64,000 nt of DNA. Origin: Alphaproteobacteria bacterium. GTDB taxonomy: Bacteria > Pseudomonadota > Alphaproteobacteria > CAAHEQ01 > UBA3637. The notes beneath the pieces are model-generated. The model saw nothing but the letters and a program-made list of their open reading frames with translations, made no database searches and was not told the DNA's origin. The DNA is taken from the NCBI GenBank assembly GCA_045611705.1, contig JAZKXR010000007.1:117262-181261 (forward strand). Direction: 5' to 3'. Both the position numbers and the translations under genes were made by a program. Within the stretch, counting starts at the first letter, position 1, and the number at the start of each line of letters is the position of its first letter. Below, piece after piece: positions 49,218 through 60,756 of this stretch.

Positions 49218-49386
49218 TTTAATTTCCTTTTTTTTGTAAAACAGTGTCATTATATATGATAAAAGTAATAAAGTCAAGTGTTTTTTTATGTGGTATAATT
49301 ATACCCAATTGTAAAAATAATTTTTTTTGAAAAAAGAATTGCTTTTTATAAAAAAATAGTTTAGTCTAACCAAAAAAGGAGTTATT

Positions 49387-50073
49387 ATGACTAAAAAAGA
49401 AAAGCAATTTCCAGATTTGTCTTGGCAACGTTATTTGTTGCCGCCCATTCATCCAGAGGGTGTTAAAATTTTTGCTGTCATTTTGGCGGTTTCTGTTGTG
49501 TTGGGGTTGATTTTTTGTTGGTTGTGGTTGATTTTAGGCCCATTATGTCTTTTTTCTTATTATTTTTTCAGAAATCCCGAACGAATCGTGCCACCAGGGG
49601 AAGATCTGATTATTTCGCCGGCCGATGGTATTGTGTGCAAAATAGAGGAAGTGGATACACCGAAAGCCTTCAAAATGCAGGATGAAAAATTGACCCGAAT
49701 CAGTATTTTTATGAGTGTTTTTAATGTTCATGTTAATCGTGCTCCTGTAAAAGGTAAAGTGGAGGCTTTAAATTATAATCCCGGAAAATTTGTTAGTGTA
49801 GCCGATAAGGATAGTGAAGAAAATGAACGTCAGGAAATTTTATTGCGTATGGATAATGGAACTCAATTGGCGTTTACACAGATTGCCGGCTTAGTCGCTC
49901 GTCGTATATATTGTCCTTTAAAGGTTGGCGATGAATTGAATGCGGGGCAGGTGTTCGGTATGATTCGTTTTGGCTCACGTTTGGATGTGTATTTGCCAAA
50001 GGATGTTAAACCGGAAGTTTTGGTGGGACAGACAATGGTTGCCGGTGAAACAATATTAGCTCGTTTTAAATAA
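49387..50073 (+). CDS. psd: Phosphatidylserine decarboxylase proenzyme
   Basis: 228 aa with an FGSRLD self-cleavage region, adjacent to pssA. Confidence 0.85.
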   Translation: MTKKEKQFPDLSWQRYLLPPIHPEGVKIFAVILAVSVVLGLIFCWLWLILGPLCLFSYYFFRNPERIVPPGEDLIISPADGIVCKIEEVDTPKAFKMQDEKLTRISIFMSVFNVHVNRAPVKGKVEALNYNPGKFVSVADKDSEENERQEILLRMDNGTQLAFTQIAGLVARRIYCPLKVGDELNAGQVFGMIRFGSRLDVYLPKDVKPEVLVGQTMVAGETILARFK

Positions 50074-50089
50074 TTATAGGGAGAATGAA

Positions 50090-50878
50090 ATGACAGAAAA
50101 AGAAATTAATCCAAAGATATTTTTTCCAAATGCAGTTACAATGTTAGCTTTGGCATGCGGTGTGTCTTCAATTAATATGGCTTTATGGGGTAACTGGAAG
50201 ATGGCTGTATTGTTTATTCTTTTGTCTGGGTTGTTTGATTTTTTGGATGGTAAAGTGGCCAGAATGTTGGGGGTGTCGTCTAAATTTGGGGCTGAATTGG
50301 ATTCTCTTTCTGATTTTGTTAGTTTTGGTGTTGCTCCGGGAATTTTGATGTATATGTGGACGATGAATGATCGTATGCGTTTAATCGCGATGCGGGATCC
50401 TTCCTATAAACAGATGGCAATTGGTATTGCTTGGTGTTTTATATTGTTTTTGGCCATGTGTTGTGCTGCCAGGTTGGCACGCTTTAATACGATGTTGGAT
50501 GAAAAACAGCCAAATTATTGGAAACACTTTTTTATGGGGGTGCCCGCACCAGCTGGTGGAATATTGGCTATGTTGCCGTTGATTATGTGGTTAGCAACGG
50601 ATAAAAAGGTTTTGTTTTTACGTGATCCTTTATTTGCCGGCTTCTTTGTTGTTTTTGCCGGTATAATGATGGCCAGTAAAATACCAACGTTTTGTTTGAA
50701 ACATATTCATCTGAAAAAAGATTATGCATCTGGTGTGGTTATTTTCTTATTGTTGTTTATTGCTGGCCTGATAACTCATACTTGGGGTGTGTTGAGTTTG
50801 TTGGGGTTGTGCTATCTTTTATCAATACCAGTGGGAATTTTTATCTTTTTTAAGAATAAAAGAAAATCTGTTTCATAA
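50090..50878 (+). CDS. pssA: CDP-diacylglycerol--serine O-phosphatidyltransferase
   Basis: CDP-alcohol phosphatidyltransferase motif DFLDGKVAR...GAELDSLSD. Confidence 0.85.
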   Translation: MTEKEINPKIFFPNAVTMLALACGVSSINMALWGNWKMAVLFILLSGLFDFLDGKVARMLGVSSKFGAELDSLSDFVSFGVAPGILMYMWTMNDRMRLIAMRDPSYKQMAIGIAWCFILFLAMCCAARLARFNTMLDEKQPNYWKHFFMGVPAPAGGILAMLPLIMWLATDKKVLFLRDPLFAGFFVVFAGIMMASKIPTFCLKHIHLKKDYASGVVIFLLLFIAGLITHTWGVLSLLGLCYLLSIPVGIFIFFKNKRKSVS

Positions 50879-50899
50879 AAAAAACAAAGGGGGATTATT

Positions 50900-51412
50900 A
50901 TGAAAAAAATACTTTTAACATTGATTTGTTTAACGCCTTTTTTAACTCAGGCACAAACGGCAGAATTTGAGAATAGAAGCTTATCAGAAGCTGAAATGCA
51001 AAGATTGCGTGAGTTGTTTGATACTAAAATGTATCATGATGCGACTTTTGTGAAATACATCGTCCGTATGATGCGTGATGGTGCGTATTCGCCGAATGAT
51101 GTAAATTATGGTGTGATTTTTTCTGAAAAGGATGCCACTTTATTAAAAGATAAAATTTTTAACAGAAAAGCAAACAATTTGGGTGAAACAAATTTGGAAG
51201 AATTAGACGCTCAAATAGATGCCAATCCGTTTGAGGCTTTTATGACTTTTATTGAAGGATATAAAATTCCCAAAATGACACGTTCAGATATGCAAGCAAT
51301 AGGTGGCATAGATAGTAAAGCTATTTCAGATTTTCTGATAATGGCGACAGAGGCGGGACCAGAAGTTGGTTCGGGTACAGTTTCGGCTGTTTATACAAAT
51401 AATATAGAATGA
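50900..51412 (+). CDS. Secreted hypothetical protein
   Basis: 170 aa with signal peptide MKKILLTLICLTPFLTQAQT. Confidence 0.5.
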   Translation: MKKILLTLICLTPFLTQAQTAEFENRSLSEAEMQRLRELFDTKMYHDATFVKYIVRMMRDGAYSPNDVNYGVIFSEKDATLLKDKIFNRKANNLGETNLEELDAQIDANPFEAFMTFIEGYKIPKMTRSDMQAIGGIDSKAISDFLIMATEAGPEVGSGTVSAVYTNNIE

Positions 51413-52149
51413 AGTATAAAGAAAACGTTCATGTAACAGCCCCTGTTATCGTGTTGGTTCGGTCGCAATTGTCTCAAAATATTGGAATGGTTGCACGATC
51501 CATGATGAATTGTGGTTTGTCGGAATTACGATTGGTTGGAGCTAAACAATCTCATTTGTCTGATGAGGCTTTTTCGGCATCGTCTGGGGCGCAAAGGATA
51601 TTGGAAGAGGCAAAAGTTTATGATTCTTTAACGGATGCATTGGCTGATGTTCATTATTCTTTTGCAACAACAGCTCGTACCAGAGATATGGTAAAGCCTG
51701 TTTTAGATCCAAAGACTGCATCCATAAAAGCAAATTCGTTTTTGAAAAAAAACAAAAAGGTCGCTTTTGTTTTTGGTCCAGAAAGAACAGGCTTGGAAAA
51801 TGAAGATATTGTTTTGGCAAATGCAATTATTTCAATCGATTTAAATCCTGTGCATCCTTCATTAAATTTAGCACAGGCTGTTTTGTTAGTTGGTTGGTCC
51901 TGGTGGCAAAACAAAAGTAAAGAGGTAAAAAAAGAAAAAATAAGTTCTATTTCTACTCAAAAAGAATTGAATAACTTTTTGATATTCTTTGAAAAAGAAC
52001 TTGATGAAAGTGGTTATTTTCAATGGCCGGAAAAAAGGTTGAGAATGCTTCATAACATGCGTAATATTTTTATGCGTAATGAGCTAACGTCTTCTGAAAT
52101 TAAAACTCTTTACCGAATGGTTAGGAAATTAACTGAAAGAAAAAATTAA
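51409..52149 (+). CDS. trmJ: SpoU/TrmH-family RNA 2'-O-methyltransferase (TrmJ-like)
   Basis: 246 aa with LVRSQLSQNIGMVARSMMNCG...VFGPERTGL. Confidence 0.7.
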   Translation: MKYKENVHVTAPVIVLVRSQLSQNIGMVARSMMNCGLSELRLVGAKQSHLSDEAFSASSGAQRILEEAKVYDSLTDALADVHYSFATTARTRDMVKPVLDPKTASIKANSFLKKNKKVAFVFGPERTGLENEDIVLANAIISIDLNPVHPSLNLAQAVLLVGWSWWQNKSKEVKKEKISSISTQKELNNFLIFFEKELDESGYFQWPEKRLRMLHNMRNIFMRNELTSSEIKTLYRMVRKLTERKN

Positions 52150-52214
52150 AAAAACATAAAAAATACTTGTTTTTTAATTAAATTTCGTGTATTACAATAA
52201 GAAAGACTTATTGA

Positions 52215-53282
<1,068 letters not shown>

Positions 53283-53301
53283 TATTAAGAAGGGGACACC
53301 C

Positions 53302-54153
53302 ATGGAGTGCAAAAATTTTCGTTTAAAGCGAATAAAAGCACAGATTCGTAGGTTTGTACCCCTTTTATTTTTATTCATTGCTTTATTGATGGTGATTTTA
53401 ATCCGTTCGGAAAATCCAACGGTTGTTTCTGTTCGCTCTGCAATACGTTCATTTTTTACACCTGTTATCAGTGTGGTTCGTCAACCGCTTTACTGGGTTA
53501 AAGGTGGGGTTGATGGTATTAAAAATTGGGCTGTTGCTTATGATGAAAATAAACGATTAAAATTAGATAATGACGAATTAAAGAAATGGCGTTTATATGC
53601 TTTGAAATTGGAAGAAGAAAACAAAGAATTAAAAGAACATTTAAATTTTATACCACCTAAAAAATCCAAATACTTGACAGCAGAAGTTGTTTTGGACGAA
53701 GGTGGGGCTTTTTCTCGTTCTTTTATTGTTTCTTCTGGAAAAAATCAAGGAGTTATAAAGGGTATGTTGTGTTTTGGTCCAAAAGCTTTAATGGGACGTA
53801 TTGTTCAGGTTGACGACAATTATTCCCGCGTAATGCCGTTGACGGATTATATGTCTCGTGTGCCTGTTTTTGTCGGGGATAATAAAAAATCCGCCTTTTT
53901 AATAGGGGATAATACCGATAAGCCTTATTTACAGTTTCCTAAGGATGATTATTTACCCAAAAAAGGCGATATAATTATGACGAGTGGTTATTTAGGTGTC
54001 TATCCGTCCAATTTACCGATAGGTGTAGTTTATGATAACAATCAGGAAATATATCGGGTTGCTTTGTTTGAAGATATTAATACCTTAACTTTTATTCGTA
54101 TGGTGGATTTAGGCATCACTGAAAAGCTGTTAAAATTGGATGAAGAGCTGTGA
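53302..54153 (+). CDS. mreC: Rod shape-determining protein MreC
   Basis: 283 aa with a TM segment, coiled coil and the conserved position. Confidence 0.8.
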   Translation: MECKNFRLKRIKAQIRRFVPLLFLFIALLMVILIRSENPTVVSVRSAIRSFFTPVISVVRQPLYWVKGGVDGIKNWAVAYDENKRLKLDNDELKKWRLYALKLEEENKELKEHLNFIPPKKSKYLTAEVVLDEGGAFSRSFIVSSGKNQGVIKGMLCFGPKALMGRIVQVDDNYSRVMPLTDYMSRVPVFVGDNKKSAFLIGDNTDKPYLQFPKDDYLPKKGDIIMTSGYLGVYPSNLPIGVVYDNNQEIYRVALFEDINTLTFIRMVDLGITEKLLKLDEEL

Positions 54154-54653
54154 AAAAAAAGTATTTAAAGCACTGTTTGTTTTTTTTAATGCCTTTTTTA
54201 TGGGCTTTGATGTGGGTTTGTGTATCATTTTCACCAATTCGATTGTGGCAGAATTACCATCAAGTATTACCTTTGGTTTTAATTGTTATCTTTTATTACG
54301 CTTTGTTTGATTACAGACGATTAAATGTTTTTTTGGTTTTTATTTTGGGATTGTTGGCGGATTTGTTATCTTTTGGTTCAATAGGTTTAAATTGTTTTAT
54401 CTATGTATTGATGTTTTTCATGGCAAACTTGTTGCAACCCTATATTCAAAATTTTTCGTTTAAATACCTGTGGTTGTTTTTTTGTGCTTTGATGTTGATA
54501 AGTGATATTATTTGGGCATGGCTTGCCCGTTTAACGACAGGCGTATGGGTTAGTGCATCATTTTGGTTTGTCCAATACTTTTTTACCTGTCTATGTTATC
54601 CGATAATAACATGGCTTACGGCAAAATTAAATCGTTATACCAAGGATGTGTAA
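54150..54653 (+). CDS. mreD: Rod shape-determining protein MreD, with a GTG start
   Basis: 167 aa polytopic membrane protein in the conserved position. Confidence 0.7.
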   Translation: MKKKYLKHCLFFLMPFLWALMWVCVSFSPIRLWQNYHQVLPLVLIVIFYYALFDYRRLNVFLVFILGLLADLLSFGSIGLNCFIYVLMFFMANLLQPYIQNFSFKYLWLFFCALMLISDIIWAWLARLTTGVWVSASFWFVQYFFTCLCYPIITWLTAKLNRYTKDV

Positions 54654-56467
54654 TGGCAGTATGGCGTTATGAAAAAGATCACATTTTATCAAAAAGATTG
54701 CTGGTTTTATCAGGATTCTTTTTAATTTTGGCTTTAATTTTAATTATACGCTTATTTTATTTGCAAATAATTTTGGGCGATAAATACTTTTTAATGGCTG
54801 AAAAAAACAGAATTTCAACCCGTTTATCAATGCCCGATAGGGGAAAGATTTATGACAGAAATGGTATTATTTTGGCTGATAACAAAAATACGTTTCAGGC
54901 TGTTTTGATTAAAGAACAAACCAAAGACTATAAAAAGACTTTGGAACGTTTTTATAAATTGATTTCTGTGGATGAAGAAGAAAAAGAGCATATTGAAAAA
55001 ATAGTGAAATATAAGCGTGCTTTTATGCCAGTGCGTATAAAAGATAATTTAACTGATGAAGAAATGGCTCTGCTTCATTTAAATGCACCGGATTTACCTG
55101 GGATTCAAATTGAACAGGGGAAAATTCGTTTTTATCCAGAGGAAAAATTGCACGCCCATACAATCGGCTATGTTTCTCTGTTTACAGATTCGGATGCCAA
55201 AGATAAAGATGATCCGCTTTTAAATTTAGCGGGATATCGCATTGGAAAAACGGGTATTGAAAAAACATTGAATGAAAATTTAAAAGGAACTCCTGGGGCT
55301 TTGAAAACCGAAGTTAATGCGGCGGGTCGCTCTGTTCAGGTGTTGGATAAAACTCCCCCTGTTGCAGGTGAAGATTTGTATTTAACCGTAGATAACAGAC
55401 TTCAAAAATATGCTCTTTCGGCTTTGGGAAAACACGGAGCCAGTGCCATTGTAATGGATGTAAATACTGGTGAAATTTTGGCAATGGTGTCGGCACCATC
55501 CTTTGATCCGTCATTGTTTTTGGCCCCAATTAGTGTTAAAAATTGGTCAAAATTACGTGATGATAAAAAATCTCCTCTTCAAAATAAGTCTTTGCATGGG
55601 ACTTATTCTCCCGGTTCTATATTTAAATTGGTGGTTGGATTAGCAGGTTTGGAAAATAAATCAATAAAATATTCAACAACAATTGATTGTGGGGGGTATA
55701 CGAATTTGGGCCAACAACGTTTTCATTGTTGGAAGCATGAAGGACATGGTCCTTTGGATTTGATAGGGGCGTTGGCATCTTCTTGTGACGTATATTTTTA
55801 TGAAATAGCACAAAAAATTGGAGCTCAAGATATTTTATCAACCGCACGAAAATTAGGCTTTGGAAGTCCAACAGGTATTGAAATTGAAGGAGAAAAGAAG
55901 GGGTTAGTGCCATCATTTGAATGGAAAAAGAAAAGATACAATGATTCTTGGCGAATGGGTGATACATTAAATTTAAGTATCGGACAAGGCTTTTTAAATG
56001 TAACTCCACTTCAAATTGTTCGAGCTGTTTCGGCCATTGCTAATAACGGCAAATTGATTCAGCCACATATTTTATCTTCAACAAAACCGATAATAACAGA
56101 TTTACAGTTTGATTCAAAAAATTTGGATATTATACGTGATGGGATGTTTCAGGTTGTCAATGAACCAGGAGCTACTGCTTATGGATCCAGATTTAATTTG
56201 AATGGTATGAAAATGGCCGGAAAAACAGCCACGACACAAGTGCGACGCATTACGAAAGAACAACGTGAAAAAGGTTGGAAAGAGGATGATATACCTTGGG
56301 AATATAGGGATCATGCTTTATTTGCTGCTTATGCCCCAACGGATAAACCACGTTATGCTATTGTTGTTGTGGTGGAACACGGTGGTGGTGGTTCGCGTGT
56401 GGCTGCTCCCATTGCGTCCAAGATATTACAAGAAGCATTACGTTTGGAAACAGAGGATAAAAAATGA
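54653..56467 (+). CDS. mrdA: Penicillin-binding protein 2 (elongasome transpeptidase). The start is moved to MAVWRYEK, overlapping the mreD stop (TAATG)
   Basis: SxxK (GSIFK), SCDVYFY (SxN-like) and the KTAT motif (KTG variant). Confidence 0.9.
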   Translation: MAVWRYEKDHILSKRLLVLSGFFLILALILIIRLFYLQIILGDKYFLMAEKNRISTRLSMPDRGKIYDRNGIILADNKNTFQAVLIKEQTKDYKKTLERFYKLISVDEEEKEHIEKIVKYKRAFMPVRIKDNLTDEEMALLHLNAPDLPGIQIEQGKIRFYPEEKLHAHTIGYVSLFTDSDAKDKDDPLLNLAGYRIGKTGIEKTLNENLKGTPGALKTEVNAAGRSVQVLDKTPPVAGEDLYLTVDNRLQKYALSALGKHGASAIVMDVNTGEILAMVSAPSFDPSLFLAPISVKNWSKLRDDKKSPLQNKSLHGTYSPGSIFKLVVGLAGLENKSIKYSTTIDCGGYTNLGQQRFHCWKHEGHGPLDLIGALASSCDVYFYEIAQKIGAQDILSTARKLGFGSPTGIEIEGEKKGLVPSFEWKKKRYNDSWRMGDTLNLSIGQGFLNVTPLQIVRAVSAIANNGKLIQPHILSSTKPIITDLQFDSKNLDIIRDGMFQVVNEPGATAYGSRFNLNGMKMAGKTATTQVRRITKEQREKGWKEDDIPWEYRDHALFAAYAPTDKPRYAIVVVVEHGGGGSRVAAPIASKILQEALRLETEDKK

Positions 56468-57627
56468 GTTTTTTTAAAGACAGAAATTGTTATATGAAAA
56501 ATTATAATCTTAGCCTGATGGAAAAAATCCGTAGTTTTGATTATTTATATTTATTCTTTATTTCCTTGATTGTTTTTATCGGCTTAGGGGTTTTGTATTC
56601 AGCAGGCAAGGGGAATTTTTCCCCCTGGGGCGGACGTCAGGCTTTTCGTTTTGTTTTAAGTTTAGGAATATTATTCATCATTGCTTTTTCAAATTTAAGA
56701 TTATGGATGAAATACGCTTATTGGATTTATGGAATTTCTTTGATTATGTTGGTGGGGGTTGAATTGTTTGGGCATACAGGAATGGGTGCACAAAGATGGT
56801 TAAATTTGGGGTTTATGAATGTTCAACCATCTGAGGTTATGAAAATTGCTTTGGTTTTGGCATTGGCTCGTTATTTTCACGCCACGGATTTATCGGTTAT
56901 TCGTTCAGTTAAAGGGATGTTGCCACCCCTTTTAATGATGGGATTGCCTGTTCTGTTGATCTTAAAACAACCCGACCTGGGAACAGCAATGATGTTAGTA
57001 TTCATGAGCTTGGCTGTTTTCTTTTTGGTTGGGGTTCAAATTTGGAAATTTATTCTTTTGGGATTGGGTGCTTTGGGCAGTTTTCCAATTATTTGGTCTT
57101 TATTGCATGATTATCAAAAAAGGCGTGTTTTAATATTTTTAAATCCCGAAAAAGATCCTTTAGGCTCTGGCTATCATATTTCACAATCAAAAATTACTTT
57201 GGGCTCAGGCGGTTTTTTGGGTAAAGGTTTTATGCAAGGGACACAAAGTCAGCTAAACTTTATTCCAGAAAAGCACACGGATTTTGTTTTTACGGTTTTT
57301 GCCGAAGAATTCGGATGGTTGGGTTCATGCTTTTTGCTTGGTCTGTATATGTTTTTAATTGGTTATGGTTTTTGGATTGTTTTAAAATCGCATAACTTTT
57401 TTGGTAAAGTATTGGCAGCTGGTTTAACCATTAATTTAGCCCTTTATGTCTTTATCAATTTGGGTATGGTTATGGGTTTGATGCCGGTTGTTGGTGTGCC
57501 TTTACCGATGATGAGTTATGGTGGTACAGCCATGATGACCATATTTATCAGTTTTGGTTTAATGGAATGTGTCAAAATAAATCAGGAAATGGTGATTGGC
57601 AGGTTGGGGTCCATTGATGATGAATGA
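56464..57627 (+). CDS. rodA: Peptidoglycan glycosyltransferase RodA (SEDS family)
   Basis: 387 aa with 10 TM segments and an ATGA overlap with mrdA. Confidence 0.9.
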   Translation: MSFFKDRNCYMKNYNLSLMEKIRSFDYLYLFFISLIVFIGLGVLYSAGKGNFSPWGGRQAFRFVLSLGILFIIAFSNLRLWMKYAYWIYGISLIMLVGVELFGHTGMGAQRWLNLGFMNVQPSEVMKIALVLALARYFHATDLSVIRSVKGMLPPLLMMGLPVLLILKQPDLGTAMMLVFMSLAVFFLVGVQIWKFILLGLGALGSFPIIWSLLHDYQKRRVLIFLNPEKDPLGSGYHISQSKITLGSGGFLGKGFMQGTQSQLNFIPEKHTDFVFTVFAEEFGWLGSCFLLGLYMFLIGYGFWIVLKSHNFFGKVLAAGLTINLALYVFINLGMVMGLMPVVGVPLPMMSYGGTAMMTIFISFGLMECVKINQEMVIGRLGSIDDE

Positions 57628-59218
57628 TATAGATATTTTGTTGGATTCGGCCTTTGACGATTATAATAACGGCCGTTTAACTCAGGCCGAACAAAAGGCA
57701 AGGGATGTTCTAATATGGGCACCATCACATGGTGATTGTTTTTATCTATTAGGATTGATTGCGTATAAAAAGGGAATATTTGCTCAGGCAATAGATTTGT
57801 TAAAATTGGCCGTTCGGTCATATCCAAATCAAAAAAACTATCAATTGGCTTTGGCCGAGGTTTATCAACACAGCGGTGATTATGATAATGCTGTTAAAAT
57901 TTATCAGAACTTTTCGGATATGTTAAATGTTCAGGCTCAATTGGGATGGATTGCTTTAAATCAGAAAAAAACGAATCGGGCAAAAGCGATTTTTGAAAAG
58001 CTGACTTCAACGGATTTAGCCTATGCCGGTTATCATGGTTTAGCCTTTTGTGGCGGCCAAAAAGATAAACTGAAAAATTTAAAAAAGGCTTTTCAAATAA
58101 ATCCGACAGCAATTATTGCCGAAGATATAGTAAGAACATTGCTTAAAATGAATAAACTTGCTCAGGTAAAACCCTATCTTGAATACTTGACGGATGGGTT
58201 ATTACATGTTCAATGTTTGATGGGGCAAAAAAAATATCAAGAATCTCTGAAAATTTTAAAAGAGTATATTGAAAAAAATCCCTATGATACAAGTGCGATT
58301 TTAATGCAAGCCGTTTGTTATGAAAATTTAAAAGACTTGCCTCAGGCTGAAAAGAACTATCAATTGGTTTTGTCTTTGGATAAAGGGGATTTACAGGCAC
58401 ATAAATCCTTGGCCCGTTTGATGATGAAACAAGGTAAGCTTTCGTTGGCTTTAGATCATTATCAAATTATTTGTAAAAATGACCCAGAAGATTACGAAAC
58501 TCTTTTGGCAATGGCTTTTGTTCAGGAAGGACTTGAGGATTATTCTGAGGCCTTGGGTTTGTATTTTCGCTTACAGACCTTGAATTACAAAGGTCTTAAT
58601 CCTAAAATTAAAGAATGTATTGAAAAGTTAGCCTTAACGGATAAAAAATTAGCCAAAAAATTTGCCAAAGGTTGGGTCAAAAGTTATCCGGAAAATAAAA
58701 CAGCCCAAAAATTGTTGAAAATGTTTTCATTGTTTTTGATTTGTTTTTGTATGATTTTGCCGTTGAAAGCTGAAAAATTTTCAAATGATTTAAATTGGGA
58801 TTTAGCGTGGACAACTAAAATGGCATCCCATGGAGATACCCAAAGCCAGTATGAGTTAGCTCAAATTTTTGAAAAAGGTATTGGCATGCCACAAGATATG
58901 CAACGGGCTATTCAATATTATGAAATGGCGGCCCGTCAACAACATTTTCCGTCAATGTTAAAATTGGCCCAAATTTTGGCGGATGATAAACCTTATCAGG
59001 ATTTGGAAAAATCGTTGCAATGGTATATTTATGCGGCACAAAACAACGAAGTGCAGGCTCAACTTTATTTAGCAAACTTTTATCAAGAAGCCGAACATTA
59101 TGATAAAAATCAGGCCAAACATTGGTTGGAAAAAGCTTTGCGTCAACTTTTTCCCGATGCACAAGATTTAACCAAAGTTTCGCCTGATTACGAACGATTG
59201 ATAAATGAAGTGAAATAA
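57617..59218 (+). CDS. TPR / Sel1-repeat protein with an internal TM segment. The start is probably MMNDIDIL, and the ORF track uses an upstream TTG
   Basis: N-terminal TPR repeats, a hydrophobic segment FSLFLICFCMILPL, and C-terminal Sel1-like repeats (AQIFEKGIGMPQDMQRAIQYYEMAA). Confidence 0.65.
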   Translation: MMNDIDILLDSAFDDYNNGRLTQAEQKARDVLIWAPSHGDCFYLLGLIAYKKGIFAQAIDLLKLAVRSYPNQKNYQLALAEVYQHSGDYDNAVKIYQNFSDMLNVQAQLGWIALNQKKTNRAKAIFEKLTSTDLAYAGYHGLAFCGGQKDKLKNLKKAFQINPTAIIAEDIVRTLLKMNKLAQVKPYLEYLTDGLLHVQCLMGQKKYQESLKILKEYIEKNPYDTSAILMQAVCYENLKDLPQAEKNYQLVLSLDKGDLQAHKSLARLMMKQGKLSLALDHYQIICKNDPEDYETLLAMAFVQEGLEDYSEALGLYFRLQTLNYKGLNPKIKECIEKLALTDKKLAKKFAKGWVKSYPENKTAQKLLKMFSLFLICFCMILPLKAEKFSNDLNWDLAWTTKMASHGDTQSQYELAQIFEKGIGMPQDMQRAIQYYEMAARQQHFPSMLKLAQILADDKPYQDLEKSLQWYIYAAQNNEVQAQLYLANFYQEAEHYDKNQAKHWLEKALRQLFPDAQDLTKVSPDYERLINEVK

Positions 59219-59227
59219 AGGAGTAAG

Positions 59228-60655
59228 TTATTTTTGTTTGTTTTTATGACGAAGAGAATGCAACCATTTCTTAAAATGACCACCTTTTATGGATAAATTT
59301 GAAAGAGTATCATTTAAAGATTTTTTTTCTTTTCCTATTCCTTCTTTTTGAATCTCTTCAAAGGCAACTTGCAGTGCATCTCGTCCTTGACAATTGATGT
59401 CTGGTTTATGGCCAACACATTCCACCATTCCGTCTTCATAAGATCTAAAAAGTGTTCCTATATTCATAATTCCCCCACAGGGTAAATGAACGGGTTTTAT
59501 TCCTCCATATTGGCAGCAACCATTGCTGTTTTCACCGATATATGTCGCTTTTTCATAATGCTGTAACATTGGGATGAAGGCTTCGGAGGAAGAACTGGTT
59601 TTTGAGTCAGCCAAAAGAAAAACTCTATGTTTTCCGTGAAAAGTCTTTTTTTCCCATTTTGGTTGTTCTGAAACGGATGTTGAACCTATTTCTCTTAATT
59701 CGGCCTCTTTTGTTTTTCTCTTTGTTGCCATCAGGCAATAGGGGTGGTCTTCACCAGATAACATTCTTGTAATTGTTCTGTTGATTGCATCGTCTCCGCC
59801 ACTATTACCACGGACATCGATAATAACCCCATCCCAATTTTTATAGGATTTTTCAAAAGATTCGCTCAGTTTTTTAAATTTTCGCTCTTCCTCTTCTTGT
59901 ACGGGCGTTCCCCAATGAATAATACTTGAACTTATTGCGACCACCCCATAAGTTTTTCCTGCTATTTTATGTTCAGCAACAAGTAAGGGGCGTTGATTTT
60001 CTTTTGTTCCAAGATTTTCTTGCATCAGGATTTTTGTTAACTTATCGGCACGGTATGCAACATTTTGACCAACATTTCCTTTTTGAGGATGTTTCGTTTT
60101 TAATGGTCGTTCCTGAGTCCATTTTGAAATAGTTTTGGCTTCATTTTCATATACCCGTGTATTTTTGGCTGTTTTAATGTTGAAATGATTGTCCTGTAAG
60201 GTGGTCAATCCAATACCCAAAAAATCCGTCAGCAATTGATTGACTTCATTTTCGTTTGTTAGTTTTAAATCACTGGTCTGGTATTTTTTATATAACTTGA
60301 CAATTTCAGATTTAAAATCTTCTGTTTCAAAACCTGCTTGTTGTCCTTCTGGGCCGAATCCCGGATGCATTTGTGATATGGCTCGGGCATAATAGGCAAT
60401 GTTGTACAAAGGATTAAAGGCTTTTGATTGAACGGCTTCTTTGTCTGAATCAGAAAGATTTTTTCTTATGTTTTCAAGAAATCCTCTTGATATTGTTTCC
60501 TGTTTTGAAGGTGTTTGTTCTTTGTTTGCTATTTTTTCCAATGTATCAGACAGTTTTTTTTCTTCCGCCAACAAAAAACTTGCTTTAAAGTCTTCAAAAG
60601 AAATGCTCTGTACAATTTCATCAAAAGAAATGTTGTCTTTATTGGTTTTTACCAT
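59228..60655 (-). CDS. Cytoplasmic S41-family (C-terminal processing peptidase / IRBP-like) domain protein with a novel N-terminal region
   Basis: 475 aa. The S41 core GVIIDVRGNSGG and the Ser motif FLLADSKTSSSSEAF are present. There is no signal peptide or PDZ domain, and the expected catalytic Lys (TFGKG) is replaced by IGENSNG. Confidence 0.55.
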   Translation of the reverse strand: MVKTNKDNISFDEIVQSISFEDFKASFLLAEEKKLSDTLEKIANKEQTPSKQETISRGFLENIRKNLSDSDKEAVQSKAFNPLYNIAYYARAISQMHPGFGPEGQQAGFETEDFKSEIVKLYKKYQTSDLKLTNENEVNQLLTDFLGIGLTTLQDNHFNIKTAKNTRVYENEAKTISKWTQERPLKTKHPQKGNVGQNVAYRADKLTKILMQENLGTKENQRPLLVAEHKIAGKTYGVVAISSSIIHWGTPVQEEEERKFKKLSESFEKSYKNWDGVIIDVRGNSGGDDAINRTITRMLSGEDHPYCLMATKRKTKEAELREIGSTSVSEQPKWEKKTFHGKHRVFLLADSKTSSSSEAFIPMLQHYEKATYIGENSNGCCQYGGIKPVHLPCGGIMNIGTLFRSYEDGMVECVGHKPDINCQGRDALQVAFEEIQKEGIGKEKKSLNDTLSNLSIKGGHFKKWLHSLRHKNKQK

Positions 60656-60705
60656 ATTATATATCCTTTTTGATTATTGTAGAAAAAAAATGAAAATAAA
60701 TCAAC

Positions 60706-60756
60706 AAAAAAAACATCTCGTTAACTGAGATGCTAACTGGTGGAAGGGGAGGGATT
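60706..60756. repeat. 51-bp direct repeat copy 1 (48/51 identical to 60858-60908). It carries the terminator hairpin plus a pseudo tRNA-Ser 3' end (…CCCTCCCCTTCCACCA)
   Basis: AAAAAAAACATCTCGTTAACTGAGATGcTAAcTGGtGGAAGGGGAGGGATT. Confidence 0.8.
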
